The notes under the pieces are model-generated. The model was given only the letters and a program-made list of their open reading frames with translations. It made no database searches and was not told the DNA's origin. The position numbers and the translations under genes are program-made. DNA of 64,000 nucleotides from assembly GCF_030144855.1 (NCBI RefSeq), contig NC_082726.1:57598001-57662000 (forward strand), in the 5' to 3' direction. Positions 49,281-62,750 of this stretch are shown piece after piece; position 1 is the stretch's first letter, and every line of letters begins with the position of its first letter. This DNA is from Hypanus sabinus. Lineage: Eukaryota.

Positions 49281-51891
49281 AAAGGGTGGGTAATGTAGCA
49301 GGATCCTCTTTTAAGTCAGTATGGGTGAAAGTCAGGAACAGGAAGGGAGCTTTTACTCTACTGGAGGTATTCTATTGGCCCCCTGGTAGCGGCAGAGATA
49401 CCAAGGAGCAGATTGGGAGGCAGATTTTAGAAAGGTGCAAAAATAACAGGGTTGTTATCATGGGTGACTTTAACTTCCCTAATATTGATTGGCACTTGAT
49501 TAGTTCCAAGGGTTTAGATGGGGCAGAGTTTGTTAAGTGTGTCCAGGATGGATTCCTGACACAGTATGTTGACAGACCGACTAGGGGGAATGCCATACTA
49601 GATCTAGTATTAGGTAACAAACCGGGTCAGGTCACAAATCTGTCAGTGGGTGAGCATCTGGGGGACAGTGATCACTGCTCCCTGACCTTTAGCATTATCG
49701 TGGAAAAGGATAGAATCAGAGAGGACAGGAAAATTTTTAATTGGGGAAGGGCAAATTATGAGGCTATAAGGCTAGAACTTGCGGGTGTGAACTGGGATGA
49801 TGTTTTTGCAGGGAAATGTACTATGGACATGTGGTCGATGTTTAAGGATCTCTTGCAGGATGTTAGGGATAAATATGTCCCGGTGAGGAAGATAAAGAAT
49901 GGTAGGGTGAAGGAACCATGGGTGACAAGTGAAGTGGAAAATCTAGTCAGGTGGAAGAAGGCAGCGTACATGAGGTTTAGGAAGCAAGGATCAGATGGGT
50001 CTATTGAGGAATATACGGTAGCAAGAAAGGAGCTTAAGAAGGGGCTGAGAAGAGCAAGAAGGGGGCATGAGAAGGCCTTGGCAAGTAAGGTAAAGGAAAA
50101 CCCCAAGGCATTCTTCAATTATGTGAAGAACAAAAGGATGACAGGAGTGAAGGTAGGACCGATTAGAGATAAAAGTGGGAAGATGTGCCTGGAGGCTGTG
50201 GAAGTGAGCGAGGTCCTCAATGAATACTTCTCTTCGGTATTCACCACTGAAAGGGAACTTGATGACGGTGAGGACAATATGAATGAGGTTGATCTTCTGG
50301 AGCATGTTGATGTTAAGGGAGAGGAGGTATTGGAGTTGTTAAAATACATTAGGACAGATAAGTCCCTGGGGCCTGACGGAATATTCCCCAGGCTGCTCCA
50401 CGAGGCAAGGGAAGAGATTGCTGAACCTCTGGCTAGGATCTTTATGTCCTCGTTGTCCACGGGAATGGTACCGGAGGATTGGAGGGAGGCGAATGTTGTC
50501 CCCTTGTTCAAAAAAGGTAGTAGGGATAGTCCAGGTAATTATAGACCAGTGAGCCTTACGTCTGTGGTGGGAAAGCTGTTGGAAAAGATTCTTAGAGATA
50601 GGATCTATGGGCATTTAGAGAATCATGGTCTGATCAGGGACAGTCAGCATGGCTTTGTGAAGGGCAGATTGTACCTAACAAGCCTGATAGAGTTCTTTGA
50701 GGAGGTGACCAGGCATATAGATGAGGGTAATGCAGTGGATGTGATCTACATGGATTTGACAAGGTTCCACACGGTAGGCTTATTCAGAAAGTCAGAAGGC
50801 ATGGGATCCAGGGAAGTTAGGCCAGGTGGATTCACAATTGACTTGCCTGCAGAAGGCAGAGGGTTGTGGTGGAGGGAGTACATTCAGATTGGAGGGTTGT
50901 GACTAGTGGTATCCCACAGGGATCTGTTCTGGGACCTCTACTTTTTGTGATTTTTATAAACAACCTGGATGAGGGAGTAGAAGGGTGGATTGGCAAGTTT
51001 GCAGACGACACAAAGATTGATGGTGGTGTAGATAGTGTAGAGGATTGTTGAAGATTGCAGAGAGACATTGATAGGATGCAGAAGTGGGCTGAGAAGTGGC
51101 AGATGGAGTTCAACCCGGAGAAGTGTGAGGTGGTACACTTTGGAAGGACAAACTCCAAGGCAGAGTATAAAGTAAATGGCAGGATACTTGGTAGTGTGGA
51201 GGAGCAGAGGGATCTGGGGGTACATGTCCACAGATTCCTGAAAGTTGCCTCACAGGTAGATAGGGTAGTTAAGAAAGCTTATAGGGTGTTAGCTTTCATA
51301 AGTCGATGGATAGAGTTTAAGAGACGCGATGTAATGATGCAGTTCTATAAAATTCTAGTTAGGCCACACTTGGAGTACTGTGTCCAGTTCTGGTCGCCTC
51401 ACTATAGGAAGGATGTGGAAGCATCGGAAAGGGTACAGAGGAGATTTACCAGGATGCTGCCTGGTTTAGAGAGTATGGATTATGATCAGAGGTTAAGGGA
51501 GTTAGGGCTTTACTCTTTGGAGAGAAGGAGGATGAGAGGAGACATAATAGAGGTGTACAAGATATTAAGAGGAATTCACAGTGGTCAGCCAGTGCCTCTT
51601 CCCCAGGGCACCACTGCTCAGTACAGGAGGACATGGCTTTAAGGTAAGGGGAGGGAAGTTCAAGGGGGATATTAGAGGAAGGTTTTTCACTCAGAGAGTG
51701 GTTGGTGCGTGGAATGCACTGCCTGAGTCAGTGGTGCAGGCAGATACGCTAGTGAAATTTAAGAGACTACTAGACAGGTATATGGAGGAATTTAAAGAGG
51801 GGGGTTATATGGGAGGTAGGGTTTGAGGGTCGGCACAACATTGTGGGCCGAAGGGCCTGTAATGTGCTGTACTATTCTATGTTCTGTGTTC
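49281..51891 (+). mobile_element. 5'-truncated CR1 LINE (endonuclease C-terminus plus RT), relatively young but disrupted, in SCAMP2 intron 1
   Basis: [31 protein letters not shown] and KFADDTK motifs. Frameshift near 50757 and a TGA near 51049. Ends in a (TTCTATG)-like microsatellite tail. Confidence 0.93.
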
Positions 51892-52873
51892 TAAAATGTC
51901 TGACCTGCTGAGTTCCTCCAGCATTTTGAGTGTGTTACACTAAAAAAAATCAACTTCTCTCTCACTGTAGGGTTAGAATAAAATTGTAGTTGTATTACTC
52001 TGGATTTCCAGCATCTGCAGAATTTCTTGTATTTTAAAATTTTTTCTGAGTTTTTGGCATCAGTGAGAGCAATTGCATATAAGGACCATAAGGTTTGTAA
52101 ATGGTGTTGGATTAAATTTGACCTTAAGCCACAAAAACCTGTTAAGACTGAAGGGGAAAATGGCTTATGGAGGGAATTCCCGAGCTTAGATCTGAGGAAA
52201 CTAAAACTGCGATACCCGTGGTTAAATGATAATTCCTGGACTGGGGTACCATAAGGCCATGAAGCTGAATCAACTGTTAAGGCAGGTGAAGGAGCCAGCA
52301 TTGCAGTTTTAAAATTGACTTTCTGCCCTAACATGAACAACTGTAGGTCAACAATTCTGGGTGAAGGGCTAATGTGACTTGGTGCAGATTAGGATGCAGG
52401 CATTGAAGTTTTTCAATGAATTTAAATTTGCTTTGTGTTGAAGGAAAATAAGTGACTGGTTAAATTTGAGATAGAAGACAAAGAAGCAGAATTATGCCAT
52501 TTGACCCTTTGGTTCTGCTTTGTCATTCCATCATGGCTGATTTATTATCCCTCTCAACACCATTCTCCTGCCTTCTCACCGTGACCTTTGATGCCCTTAC
52601 TAATCAAGAACTTATTGACTTTTACTTTAAATATATCCAATGACTTGGCCTCCACAGCTGTCTGTGGCAAGTAATTCCCCAGATTTACCATCCTCTGGCT
52701 AAAGAAATTGCTCCTCATTTCTGTTCTGAAAGGATGTCCCTCCATTCTGAAGCTGTGACCTTCAGTCTTGGACTTCCCCACTATAGGACAGTTTGGTCCT
52801 GGTCTGAACTCATAACATGTATTGCAGTGTTGAAGAAAGCATAGTGACATTATAGAAATAATTATTCTTCAAA

Positions 52874-54332
52874 AGACAGTCAGGCAGACATACTTTATTG
52901 ACCTTGAGGGAAATTGAGTTTCGTTACAGTCACACCAACCAAGAATAGTGTAGAAATATAGCAATATAAAACCATAAATAATTAAATAATGATAAGTGAA
53001 TTATTCCAAGAGGAAATAAGTCCAGGACCAGTCTGACACTCTGAGGGAGGAGTTGTAAAGTTTGATGGCCACAGGCAGGAATGAGTTCCTATGACGTTCA
53101 GTGTTACATCTCGGTGGAATGAGTCTCTGGCTGAACGTACTCCTGTGCCTAACCAGTACATTATGGAGTGGATTGGAGACATTGTCCAAGATGACATGCA
53201 ACTTGGGCAGCATCGTCTTTTCAGACACCACCATCAGAGAGTCCAGTTTCACCCCCACAACATCACTGTCCTTACGAAAGAGTTTGTTGATTCTATTGGT
53301 GTCTGCTACCCTCAGCCTGCTGCCCCAGCACACAACAGCAAACATGTTAGCACTGGCCACCACAGACTCGAAGAACATCCTCAGCATCGTCCGGCAGATG
53401 TTAAAGGACCTTGGTCTCCTCAGGAAGTAGAGACGGCTCTGACCCTTCTTGTAGACAGCCTCAGTGTTCTTTGACCAGTCCAGTTTATTATCAATTCATA
53501 CCCCCAGGTGTTTGTAATCCTCCACCATGTCCACACTGACCCCTTGGATGGAAATGGGTCACCGGTGCCTAAGCCCTCCTCAGGTCCACCACCAGCTCCT
53601 TAGTCTTTTTCACATTAAGCTGCAGATGATTCTGCTCACACCATGTGACAAAGTTTCCCACCGTAGCCCTGTACTCCACCTCATCTCCCTTGCTGATGCA
53701 TCCAACCATGGCAGAGTCATCAGAAAACTTCTGAAGATGGCAAGACTCTGTGCAGTAGTTGGTCTGAGGTGTAGATGGTGAAGAGAAAGGGAGACAGGAC
53801 AGTCCCCTGTGGTGCCCCAGTGCTGCTGACCACTCTGTCTGACACACAGTGTTGCAAGCGCACGTACTGTGGTCTGCCAGTCAGGTAATCAATAATCCAT
53901 GACACCAGGGAAGCATCCACCTGCATTACTGTCAGCTTCTCACCCAGCAGAGTAGGGCGGGTGGTGTTGAACGCACTGGAGAAGTCAAAAAACATGACCC
54001 TCACAGTGTTCGCCGGCTTGTCCAGGTGGGCATAGACACTGTTCAGCAGGTAGACGATGGCATCTTCAATTCCTAGTCGGGGCTGGTAGATGAACTGGAG
54101 GGGGTCTAAGTGTGGCCTAACCATAGGCCGAAGCTGCTCTAGAACAAGTCTCTCCAGGGTCTTCATGATATGGGAGGTCAATGCCACCGGTCTATAGTCA
54201 TTGGAGCCACTGGGGCGTGGCGTCTTCGGTACAGGGATGAGGCAGGATGTCTTCCACAGCACAGGAACCCTCTGGAGACTCAGGCTCAGGTTGAAGACAT
54301 GGTGAAGTACTCCACATTGCTGGGGGGCACAG
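52874..54332 (-). mobile_element. Rex1/Babar-like non-LTR retrotransposon, 5'-truncated and frameshifted
   Basis: WKTSCLIPVPK..NDYRPVALTSHIMKTLERLV, FFDFSSAFNT, GAPQGTVLSPFLF, KFSDD, KTKELVVD. AATAAA plus a (GTCT)-like tail. Confidence 0.85.
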
Positions 54333-57300
54333 GCTTGAATCAGAATTGAATGGAGATAGGGAAGGCAAAAAAGAAAATAGGATGATGAACAATTATCAAA
54401 AAGCCTTTGCATCTGGAGTAGATCTATATTGTTCATTCAATTTCCCCAATGAAACATTGAAATAAATTGTCTGGATTTTTTTTCCATTACTTCACTCCTC
54501 TGAATCTTGTGTATATGCTGAGGAATGCTTTTTTTTGGATTTAGTTACATATTTTCCAAAGATTAGTTTCCAGAGTGGCTATTCTTTTCCATCAATAAAT
54601 ATGTGTGCATGTATTATAATGGATTTAAATTCTGGCAGTGTGTCTACAAATTAGTTCAATTTGCACATTTTTAATGGCTCTATAACAGTTTTCTATCAAG
54701 ATGAATTTTGGAGAAGTCTGAAATTTTGGTTTTCTTATTTCAAGTTCAACAAGCTATTCGTCGGATCTGATTCTGAGCAAGTTTGCCCAATTAAATTCCA
54801 TGATTTTGTCAGTTTAATTCGAGATTTGATATTTTCTTTGTGTTTTGCATTGGACTTTTTCTTTGCTTACAATATCTTAGCATTTGCTGAAGACAAAGAT
54901 TAACCTTACTTGTCACATGTACATCAAAATTAAATGTGTCGTTTGTCAAAGGATGTGCTGGAGGCAGCTCATCAATGTTGCTGTGCTTCTGACATCAACC
55001 CTAGCATGTCTACAACTTGTTAACCTTAACCTGTCGAATTTTGGACTGTGGAAGGAAACCCACATGTTCCACAGGGAGAGCATCCAATCCCTTTACAGAG
55101 GATGCCAGAATTGAACTCCAAATTCCAACATTCCGAACTATAATAGCGTCACGCTAACTGCTGTGTTACCATGGCACCCAAGATAGAGCATGTCACATTT
55201 CTCATTACCTATTGACTCATTCCATCTTCACTGTTCACTATCCCTCAGAGTTCTGGGTCATCTGTAGATTTGGAAATTGTACCCAAAAGACACATCCAGG
55301 TCATCAATATGCATTTAGAAATGTGAAATTCTCAATGTAAATTTTCTCTCCTTGCAGAGTCATCTGGAGAATGATAACTAAAACAGGAAATCTGTCCAAC
55401 AGTATGTTAGACCATCAGGCTGTTCTATGTGTATCTGACAGGCACGATTCTCCAAGTATGACTAAATAAGACTGCACCACCACAATTTCTAAATATGTCT
55501 TGTCCTACCACCAGCAGAGGTGGTACACCGATGTAAGAATGGGACTAAGTAGCCCTATGAGTGCTTCATATTAATTCCAAATCCCATGGTATCAGGTCAA
55601 AGCAGCACTTGGAAACCTGATTGTCACCTACCATCCTCCTTCAAGTGATGAGTCAGTGTTCCTTCATGCTGAGTTATGTGTGAAAGGCATGCTGAATGTA
55701 GCAATAGGGATTTGGTAACTCCGCCTGTTACCTGATCTGGTTAACTTCCAATCAGCTTAGCTGACAACACAGGGAATAACTGATGGTCAGCAAGCTAACA
55801 CAAACAAAACAAGTACAAATGCTAAGCTAACATCATAACAGTGACCTGTTTGTTGGTCTAGCTTCTCACTGTGGAAGTGAGAGGGAGAAAGGCTGTTGTA
55901 GGTCATATTGTCAGGTGAACACTTTTTTGTTGAGCTGCAGATCATGGTCTCTCTTTGGGGGCTTTGCTATTGTTTGGTAGGTACCTGCTGAAATAAGTGG
56001 GGGAGGGTTGATGCTTGGGAATGGGGAGAGGGGCTTTGGGGTTCTGTTGGGTTTTTTTTCTGTCATTCATTCTTTGAGGTTCTCTTCTATTTTCATGGAT
56101 GTCTGCAAAGAGCAAGAATTTCAGATTGATAGTAAATTCTCTGATAGTAAATTGAACTCGGCCAGTCAAACAGCATCTGTGGAAAGAGAAGCAGTTACTA
56201 TTTCAGTCGAAGACATTTTCAGAACCTAACCTCATCTTTACCATTCTGACTATTGCAAAATAAATTCTGTCCATGAATGCATTAGCTAAGAGTATCACTG
56301 TATCAGCCTTCTGGAGGTAAATTCTTGAATAGCATGAAAGACACTCTTATCTTGTGTTGCTACATAATTGCACTAAATGGGATGAATTTGGAATGGATGT
56401 AACAGCTCAAAACAAGGACATTTGTATAGTAGCAGCAGAAATGTACATCACCATTATCTAATTTTGTAGACTGCCTATCCCTCACTCTGTGCTTGCATTC
56501 AAACCTGGTTTGGAGGTTTGCAGAAGGGTACGCTGCAAGTTCTCTTAGTTCTGCCTTTTAAAAAAACAAAAGGATCATATGTTTCAATGCTTTGCCATGA
56601 GAGCTGAATTTTAAGTGGTGAGCTTTCTATCTTTGACATCAAGGCAGTATTTGAGAGTGGCATTAAAACTGATGCCAAAGGCGTTTTTCAGCTTTCTGCA
56701 TACAGTCGAACCTTCTAGCATTCAGATGTGAGCAGTTAAGTAACCAGTAACATGTACCACAAATGCCAGGTATTAATCATTAACAAGAGAATCCTTGTAA
56801 CCTGCCTTTAATGAATCCTCAGTCAATATCCCAAATCGTAAGAACTTTCTACGGGGGCACAATTGAGAGCATTCTGACGGGCTGCCTGGTATGGGAACTG
56901 TACTTCCCTCAATCACAAGACTCTACAGAGAGTGGTGTAGATAGCCCAGCGCATCTGTAGATGTGAACCTCCCACTATTCAGGACATTTACAAATATAGG
57001 TGTGTAAAAAGGGCCTGAAGGATAGTTGGGGACCCAAGTCACCCCAACCACAAACTGTTCTGGCTTCTACCATCCGGGAAATGGTACCACAGCATAAAAG
57101 CCAGGACCAACAGGCTCTGGAACAGCTAGCTTCCACCAAGCCATCAAACTGATGAGTTTATGCTGATACAATTGTATTTCTATGTTATGTTGACTGTCCT
57201 GTTGTACATACTATTTATTATAAATTACTATACATTGCACATTTAGACGGAGACATAACATAAATATTTTCACTCGTATATAAAGAATGTAAGTAATAAA

Positions 57301-57479
57301 GTCAGTTCAATTCAATTCTAAATTAACCTGGAACTACCCACCCTCTGTGCAGATTAATACACGTGTAGTATGGCTATGAGAACAAGACAGAGACGGGGTA
57401 TCCTGTAGTTAGTCATTTGCTTTTTGATACCCCAAAGCATTTCCATCACCACATGATGGAATGCTCCCTGCTTGTCATG

Positions 57480-58268
57480 TTTAGATGTTCCTTTGCAAAC
57501 TTCTGATGCTGAATTTTGTAGTGAGGACACAGGAAAGGTTTTCTTCTGGTGACTCTTCCATGAAGGTCATATTTGTGCAAGTGTCGCTGCACAGTAGAAC
57601 AATGCACCACCTCTCCAGAGACTGCTAAATCTTCCTGAAGGTCTTTTGCAGTTAAATGGGGGTTTTGATTTGCCTTTCAGCAATCATACAAGCAGTTCTC
57701 TCGGAAAGTTTTCTTGGTCTTCCAGACCTCAACTTGACCTTCACCGTTCCTGTTAACTGCCATTTCTTAATTACATTACAAACTGGGGCAATGGCTACCT
57801 GAAAACGCTTTGCTACCTTCTTATAGCCTTCTCCTGCTTTGTGGGCATCATTTATTTTAATTTTCAGAGTGCTAGGCTGTTGCTTAGAGGAGCCCATGGC
57901 TGCTGATTGTTGGGACAAGGTTTGAGGAGTCAGGGTATTTATAAAGCTTTGAAATTTGCATCACTTGGCCTTTCCTAAAGATGACTGTGAACAAGCCATA
58001 GCCCTAACAAGCTAATTAAGGTCTGAGACCTTGGTAAAGGTTATCTGAGAGCTCAAATCTCTTGGGGTGCCCAAACTTTTGCATGGTGCTCCTTTTTTTC
58101 ACTCTAAAATTGTACAAAACAAAAATAATACACTAATCCTGCTTAAAATGTTGAAAAGAATGTTTCATCTTTAACTTTGACTTTTGGGGATTAGTTCATC
58201 TTCTATTCAACTATTCACAGTAACAGAAATTTTGGCCAGGGGTGCCCAAACTTTTGCATGCCACTGTA
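57480..58268 (-). mobile_element. Tc1-like DNA transposon 5' half with IR/DR-type terminal repeat
   Basis: Paired-like HTH peptide GEGYKKVAKRFQV..RSGRPRKLS. The terminus is CAGTG next to TA (58267-58268). A 22-bp direct repeat lies at 58064-58085 and 58239-58260. Confidence 0.85.
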
Positions 58269-61200
58269 TTTCATTATGGCTGAGCTGTTTTGGCAGTTCC
58301 TTGCAAAACCATGACAACAAAGGCGGTGAGCAGATGGGAATTACTAACACATGCTCCCCTCCAAATCACATGCCTGCATTGCCTTTCCTCTGACACTGTA
58401 TCTAAGTCCTGGGACATCCTATGAACAGAGGGGAGTGCCACCACCAGAAGGACTGCAGCAGTTCACAAAGGTGGCTCACCACCAGGAGCACCTTCATAGC
58501 AGTCAGGGTAGTCTATGAATGGAGGTCTTTCCTGTGTTACTTACACTCCAAAATAAAGCTATCTCAGCAGTGTAGGTGAAGGGTCTTGACCCAAATCATT
58601 GCTCTCTGTTTACTGATGGCCCCCTGAGTTCTTCCAGCAATTTGGTTTTTATTCTGGATTCCAGCATCTGCAGTCTTTTGTCTCCGGTAAACTCTTAAAC
58701 AAGCTGTTCCTTATTAGCTGAAACAATAGCAGTGGACATTCTAATTCTGTACCATTATTTACAAAAGTTGATGAATCTATCAAAGCACAACTAGTCATCA
58801 TGACGTGCTGTGTCATAAGGCATGAGCAATCATGGTCTTTGACTATGATTGTTTTTGGCAAAATTTTGTCTGCTATTGCAGCCTTCTAGGCAGTGTCTTT
58901 ACAATTTGGGTGACCCCAGCCATTATCAATACTCATCAGTGATTGTCTGCCTGGCATCAGTGGTCACATAACCAGGACTTGCAAAATGTATCAGCTGCTC
59001 ATATGTCTCCCTACCACTTGTGCCCATGGCTTCATGTGACCCTGATTGGTGGGGTGGGGGGGTGCTAAGCAGATGCTAAACCTTACCCAACAGTTCTGCA
59101 GGCTTGTGGAGGGAAGGAATGCCTTGTACCTCCTTTGGTAGAGACATACCTCCACCCCGCCACCCAAAAAGCACAACTACATAAAATAACTTAGTCAACT
59201 TCCAAGAACAGGTCGCATAAAATTCAACATAAAGTGATGTTAGCCTTTCAGTTTATTGTTTTTGCCTTTTTTTTGTCTCCAATTACATATAACAAATTTA
59301 AGTATTCCCATAGTGGTGATTTGCTGATTCATGCAAAATGTTAATCTTGACCGGGCAGTGGCTACAGTGTAATTTTGCACTTGGCTGTCCTTGTAAATTT
59401 TATCACAGCTGGTTTTTTTTGCACTAAGTTTTCTCATATTTGTAATTTACAACTCCATTGCAAAGTCTATCTGAGGGAATCCTACCCTGGAGAAGCTTAA
59501 CATTCCTTTCGGAAGTTCAGTGTAACCTTCCCTCTGTTTCCCCTCTGTGATCTCTGCTGCTGTCTGACTCTTCATCTGTGTTCTCACCCAGACCCACTAG
59601 CCATGTATCCCAGCTCTTCACTTCCTTCCCTTCCCCCACCACCTTCCTCTTATTTCTCCCCTTCCTTTCCAGTCCTCGTGAAGGTTTTGTCCCGAAATGT
59701 CGACTGTTAACTCTATTCTATTGATGCAGCCTAGCATGCTGAGTTCTTCCAGCATTTTGTGTGTTGCTTCACAATTCCATACTTTATTTGATGTTCATTA
59801 AAAAATTGACTGCAAAATGGTTAACAAAATCAAAAGTTAAAGTAAAATTATTATCCAAATAAATTATATATCAATCAGCATATACTACCTTGAGATTTGT
59901 TTTCTTGTAGGCATTTTCAGGACAAACAAACATTGTACAAGAGAAGGCATGGTGCATAGAGAGTTAGAAAGAACTGAAAACATGAGTTGTAAAATCTTTG
60001 AAAGTGAGTTTTTAGGTTGTGAAATCAGTTCAGAGTTAAGGTGGGTGAAGTGAACAAGTGAACAACCGATCCCATCCTTCTGCTCTGTCCCTTTGAGGCA
60101 CAAATCTTATTGCAGCCACCAGATTATTTTAGTAATTCAGACTAGATAAGAACCTATCATTTTTTTTAAATACATGTGCCTTAGATTCAAACATCAGATG
60201 ATGCATGAACCTATTAAACAATGACATCTAACTAAGTAAGCTGTCTTGCCATGAACTGTCTGTTCCATGTTGCTTGATGTACTTTTATTCAAAGGTATTA
60301 TTTTGTTAAGAGTTTGTGTTCAAAAGAGGGTATAAATCAGGTAAGAGAATAAATGTTTACCATTGAAAGTGGTAGGGAACATTGAGGAAGTGGATTTTTA
60401 AAAAATCCTCCTCCAGCCCTTAGCCTATTCCAGGCACCTGGCTTCACCTTTCACCTTCCTGCTAGCCTCCTTCTCTCCCCCCCCCCATACTTTTTTTTTA
60501 TTCTGGCTTCTTCCTTCTTTCCCAATCCTGAAGAAGGGCAGCCTGAAACATCAACTATCTCATCATTTCCGTAGATGCTGCCTAACCTCCAGCATTTTCT
60601 GTGTTGTTTTGGATTTTCAGCATCTGCAGAATTTCTTGTGTTCATTTAAAAAAAAATTGCAAGATCCCAGACTTTGAGAGCATATGAAATCATCAGTAAG
60701 TCATTCAGCACCTCAGACATTTCCCACAATTCAATAAAATTGCTATGTTTTTCTGTAGTAGTGTAATGATTCCTGTAATATCTTATAATCTATTGATATA
60801 TATTTAATCTTGGAATACAGAAGAAAGAAAAGCCCAGACTATGAAATATGAATGGTGTCCAAGTCTAGGCATTGCATTTTGGTAAAGATGTGAGGCCCTT
60901 GGAGTGATAGTAAAAGATTTTCTAGAGTGATTTCAGGTTTGAGACATTTTTAGTTCTGTAGATAGAATGAGTAAGGTGGGCATGCTCATGTTGACACAGG
61001 AGGTTGAGAGGGGATCTGACAGGTACAGTATATAAAATTACATGGTGTCTGGAGAGGATGAATAAAAGGAACTACCGTTGGCGGTATGGTCAAGAAACAG
61101 GTTGTATAGTGAGTCTAATTAGCAGCAGAATGAAAGTGACCACAAAAGTAAACTTTACATTAGTATTTCCTGTTTGGAATATGCTGCTGAAAGTAGTTGT

Positions 61201-61729
61201 GAAAGTAGATTCAATAATAACTTTCAGAAGGATGATGGTTTAGTTAAAAGAATTTGCAACACTCTGGGAAGATGAAGCAGTAGGATTTTTTCACAATGCT
61301 TATTTAGTTACTCAATTCATAATAAAATCAAATTGATTTCCACACAAGACTCTTCCTCCTAGAATCTCTCAAGTTACCAGATCGTAAGAGTAATGTGCAG
61401 TGTCATGCACTTCAGATGAGTAATTGGTGAATTGTACATGAGGCCTGTGTGATCTGCACAGTTAAAATCTAAATCTTTGTTTAAGTTTTTAAAAACATTT
61501 CCTTAGACTTACAGCTTGTGCTTTGCAGGGTCTTTCATTCCTCTTTTCCCCTAACACTAAATATTAATTTTGATGTGTATGGTTTCATGGTAAGTGGTTA
61601 CAATCTGACTATTATTACAAATGGCCCTTTTGTTTCATCTGATATACAGCTTGATTGTCAGTGGTTAATTGTGGAGAGTGGGTCAGCTGGGAAAGGGGGT
61701 TAGGTATGCAGAGAAACGACGACAGACAA

Positions 61730-62750
61730 ACCCTAAACACAAAGTACACTGCAGAAGCTGTGGTCAAATCCAAACGTACAAAAAAGCTGGATAACTCAGC
61801 AGGTCGGGCAGCATCCGTTAAAAGGAGCAGTCAACGTTTTGGGTTGAGACCCTTCGTCAGGACTAAAGAAGGAGGGAGCAGGGGCCCTATAAAGAAGGTG
61901 GGGGGGAGGGTGGAAAACCAATCAGAGGAAAGATCAAGGGGTGGGGGAGGGGAAGCAGGGAGGGGATAGGCTGGAGAGGTGAAGAAGGAATCTAAGGGGA
62001 AAGTACTATGGGTAGTAGAAGAAGGCAGAGTCATGAGAGAGGTGATAGGCAGCTAGAAGAGGAGACAGAGTGAAGGTGGGATGGGGGAAGGGAGAGGGAG
62101 GGAATTACTGGAAGTTGGAGAATTCGATGTTCATACCAAGGGGCTGGAGACTACCCAGACGGTATACGAGTTATTGTTCCTCCAACCGAAGTTTGGCCTC
62201 ATCTTGGCAGTAGAGGAGGCCGTGTATGGACATATCCAAATGGGAATGTGGAGGAGAGTTGAAGTGGGTGGCAACCGGGAGATCCTGTCTGTTGTGGCAG
62301 ACAGAGCGGAGGTGCTCAATGAAGCGGTCCCCCAATCTGCGTCGGGTCTCGCCAATGTAGAGGAGGCCTCACCAGGAGCACCGGATGCAAGTGAAGCGTT
62401 TCCTCAGCTGGAAGGACTGTTTGGGGCCCTGAATGGTGGTAAGAGGTGAAGTGTAGGGACAGGTGTAGCACTTACACTTGCAGGGATAAGTGCCAGGTGG
62501 GAGGTATGTGGGGAGGGATGTGTGGACCAGGCAGTCGCAGAGGGAACGATCCCTGCGAAAAGCAGGAAGGGGTAGAGAGGGAAAGATGTCCTTAGTGGTG
62601 GAGTCCTGTTGAAGGTGGCGGAAGTTGCAGAGGATAATATGCTAGATTCCTGTTGAAGCTGGCGGAAGTTGCATATTATCCTCCACAACTTCCACCACCT
62701 TCAACAGGACCCCACCACTAAGGATTTCCAGCATTTGCAGATTTTATCGT
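61730..62750 (-). mobile_element. Penelope-like element 3' portion (GIY-YIG region plus terminal repeat)
   Basis: Same family as 28351-30404 (shared gttggaggaacaac/cgtctgggtagtctccag region and purine-rich tail), with a fold-back at the truncation point. Confidence 0.75.

Noticed and set aside
49253-50902. 549-aa ORF as a host gene or active LINE
   Set aside because: It is a 5'-truncated CR1 ORF2 with a downstream frameshift and stop.
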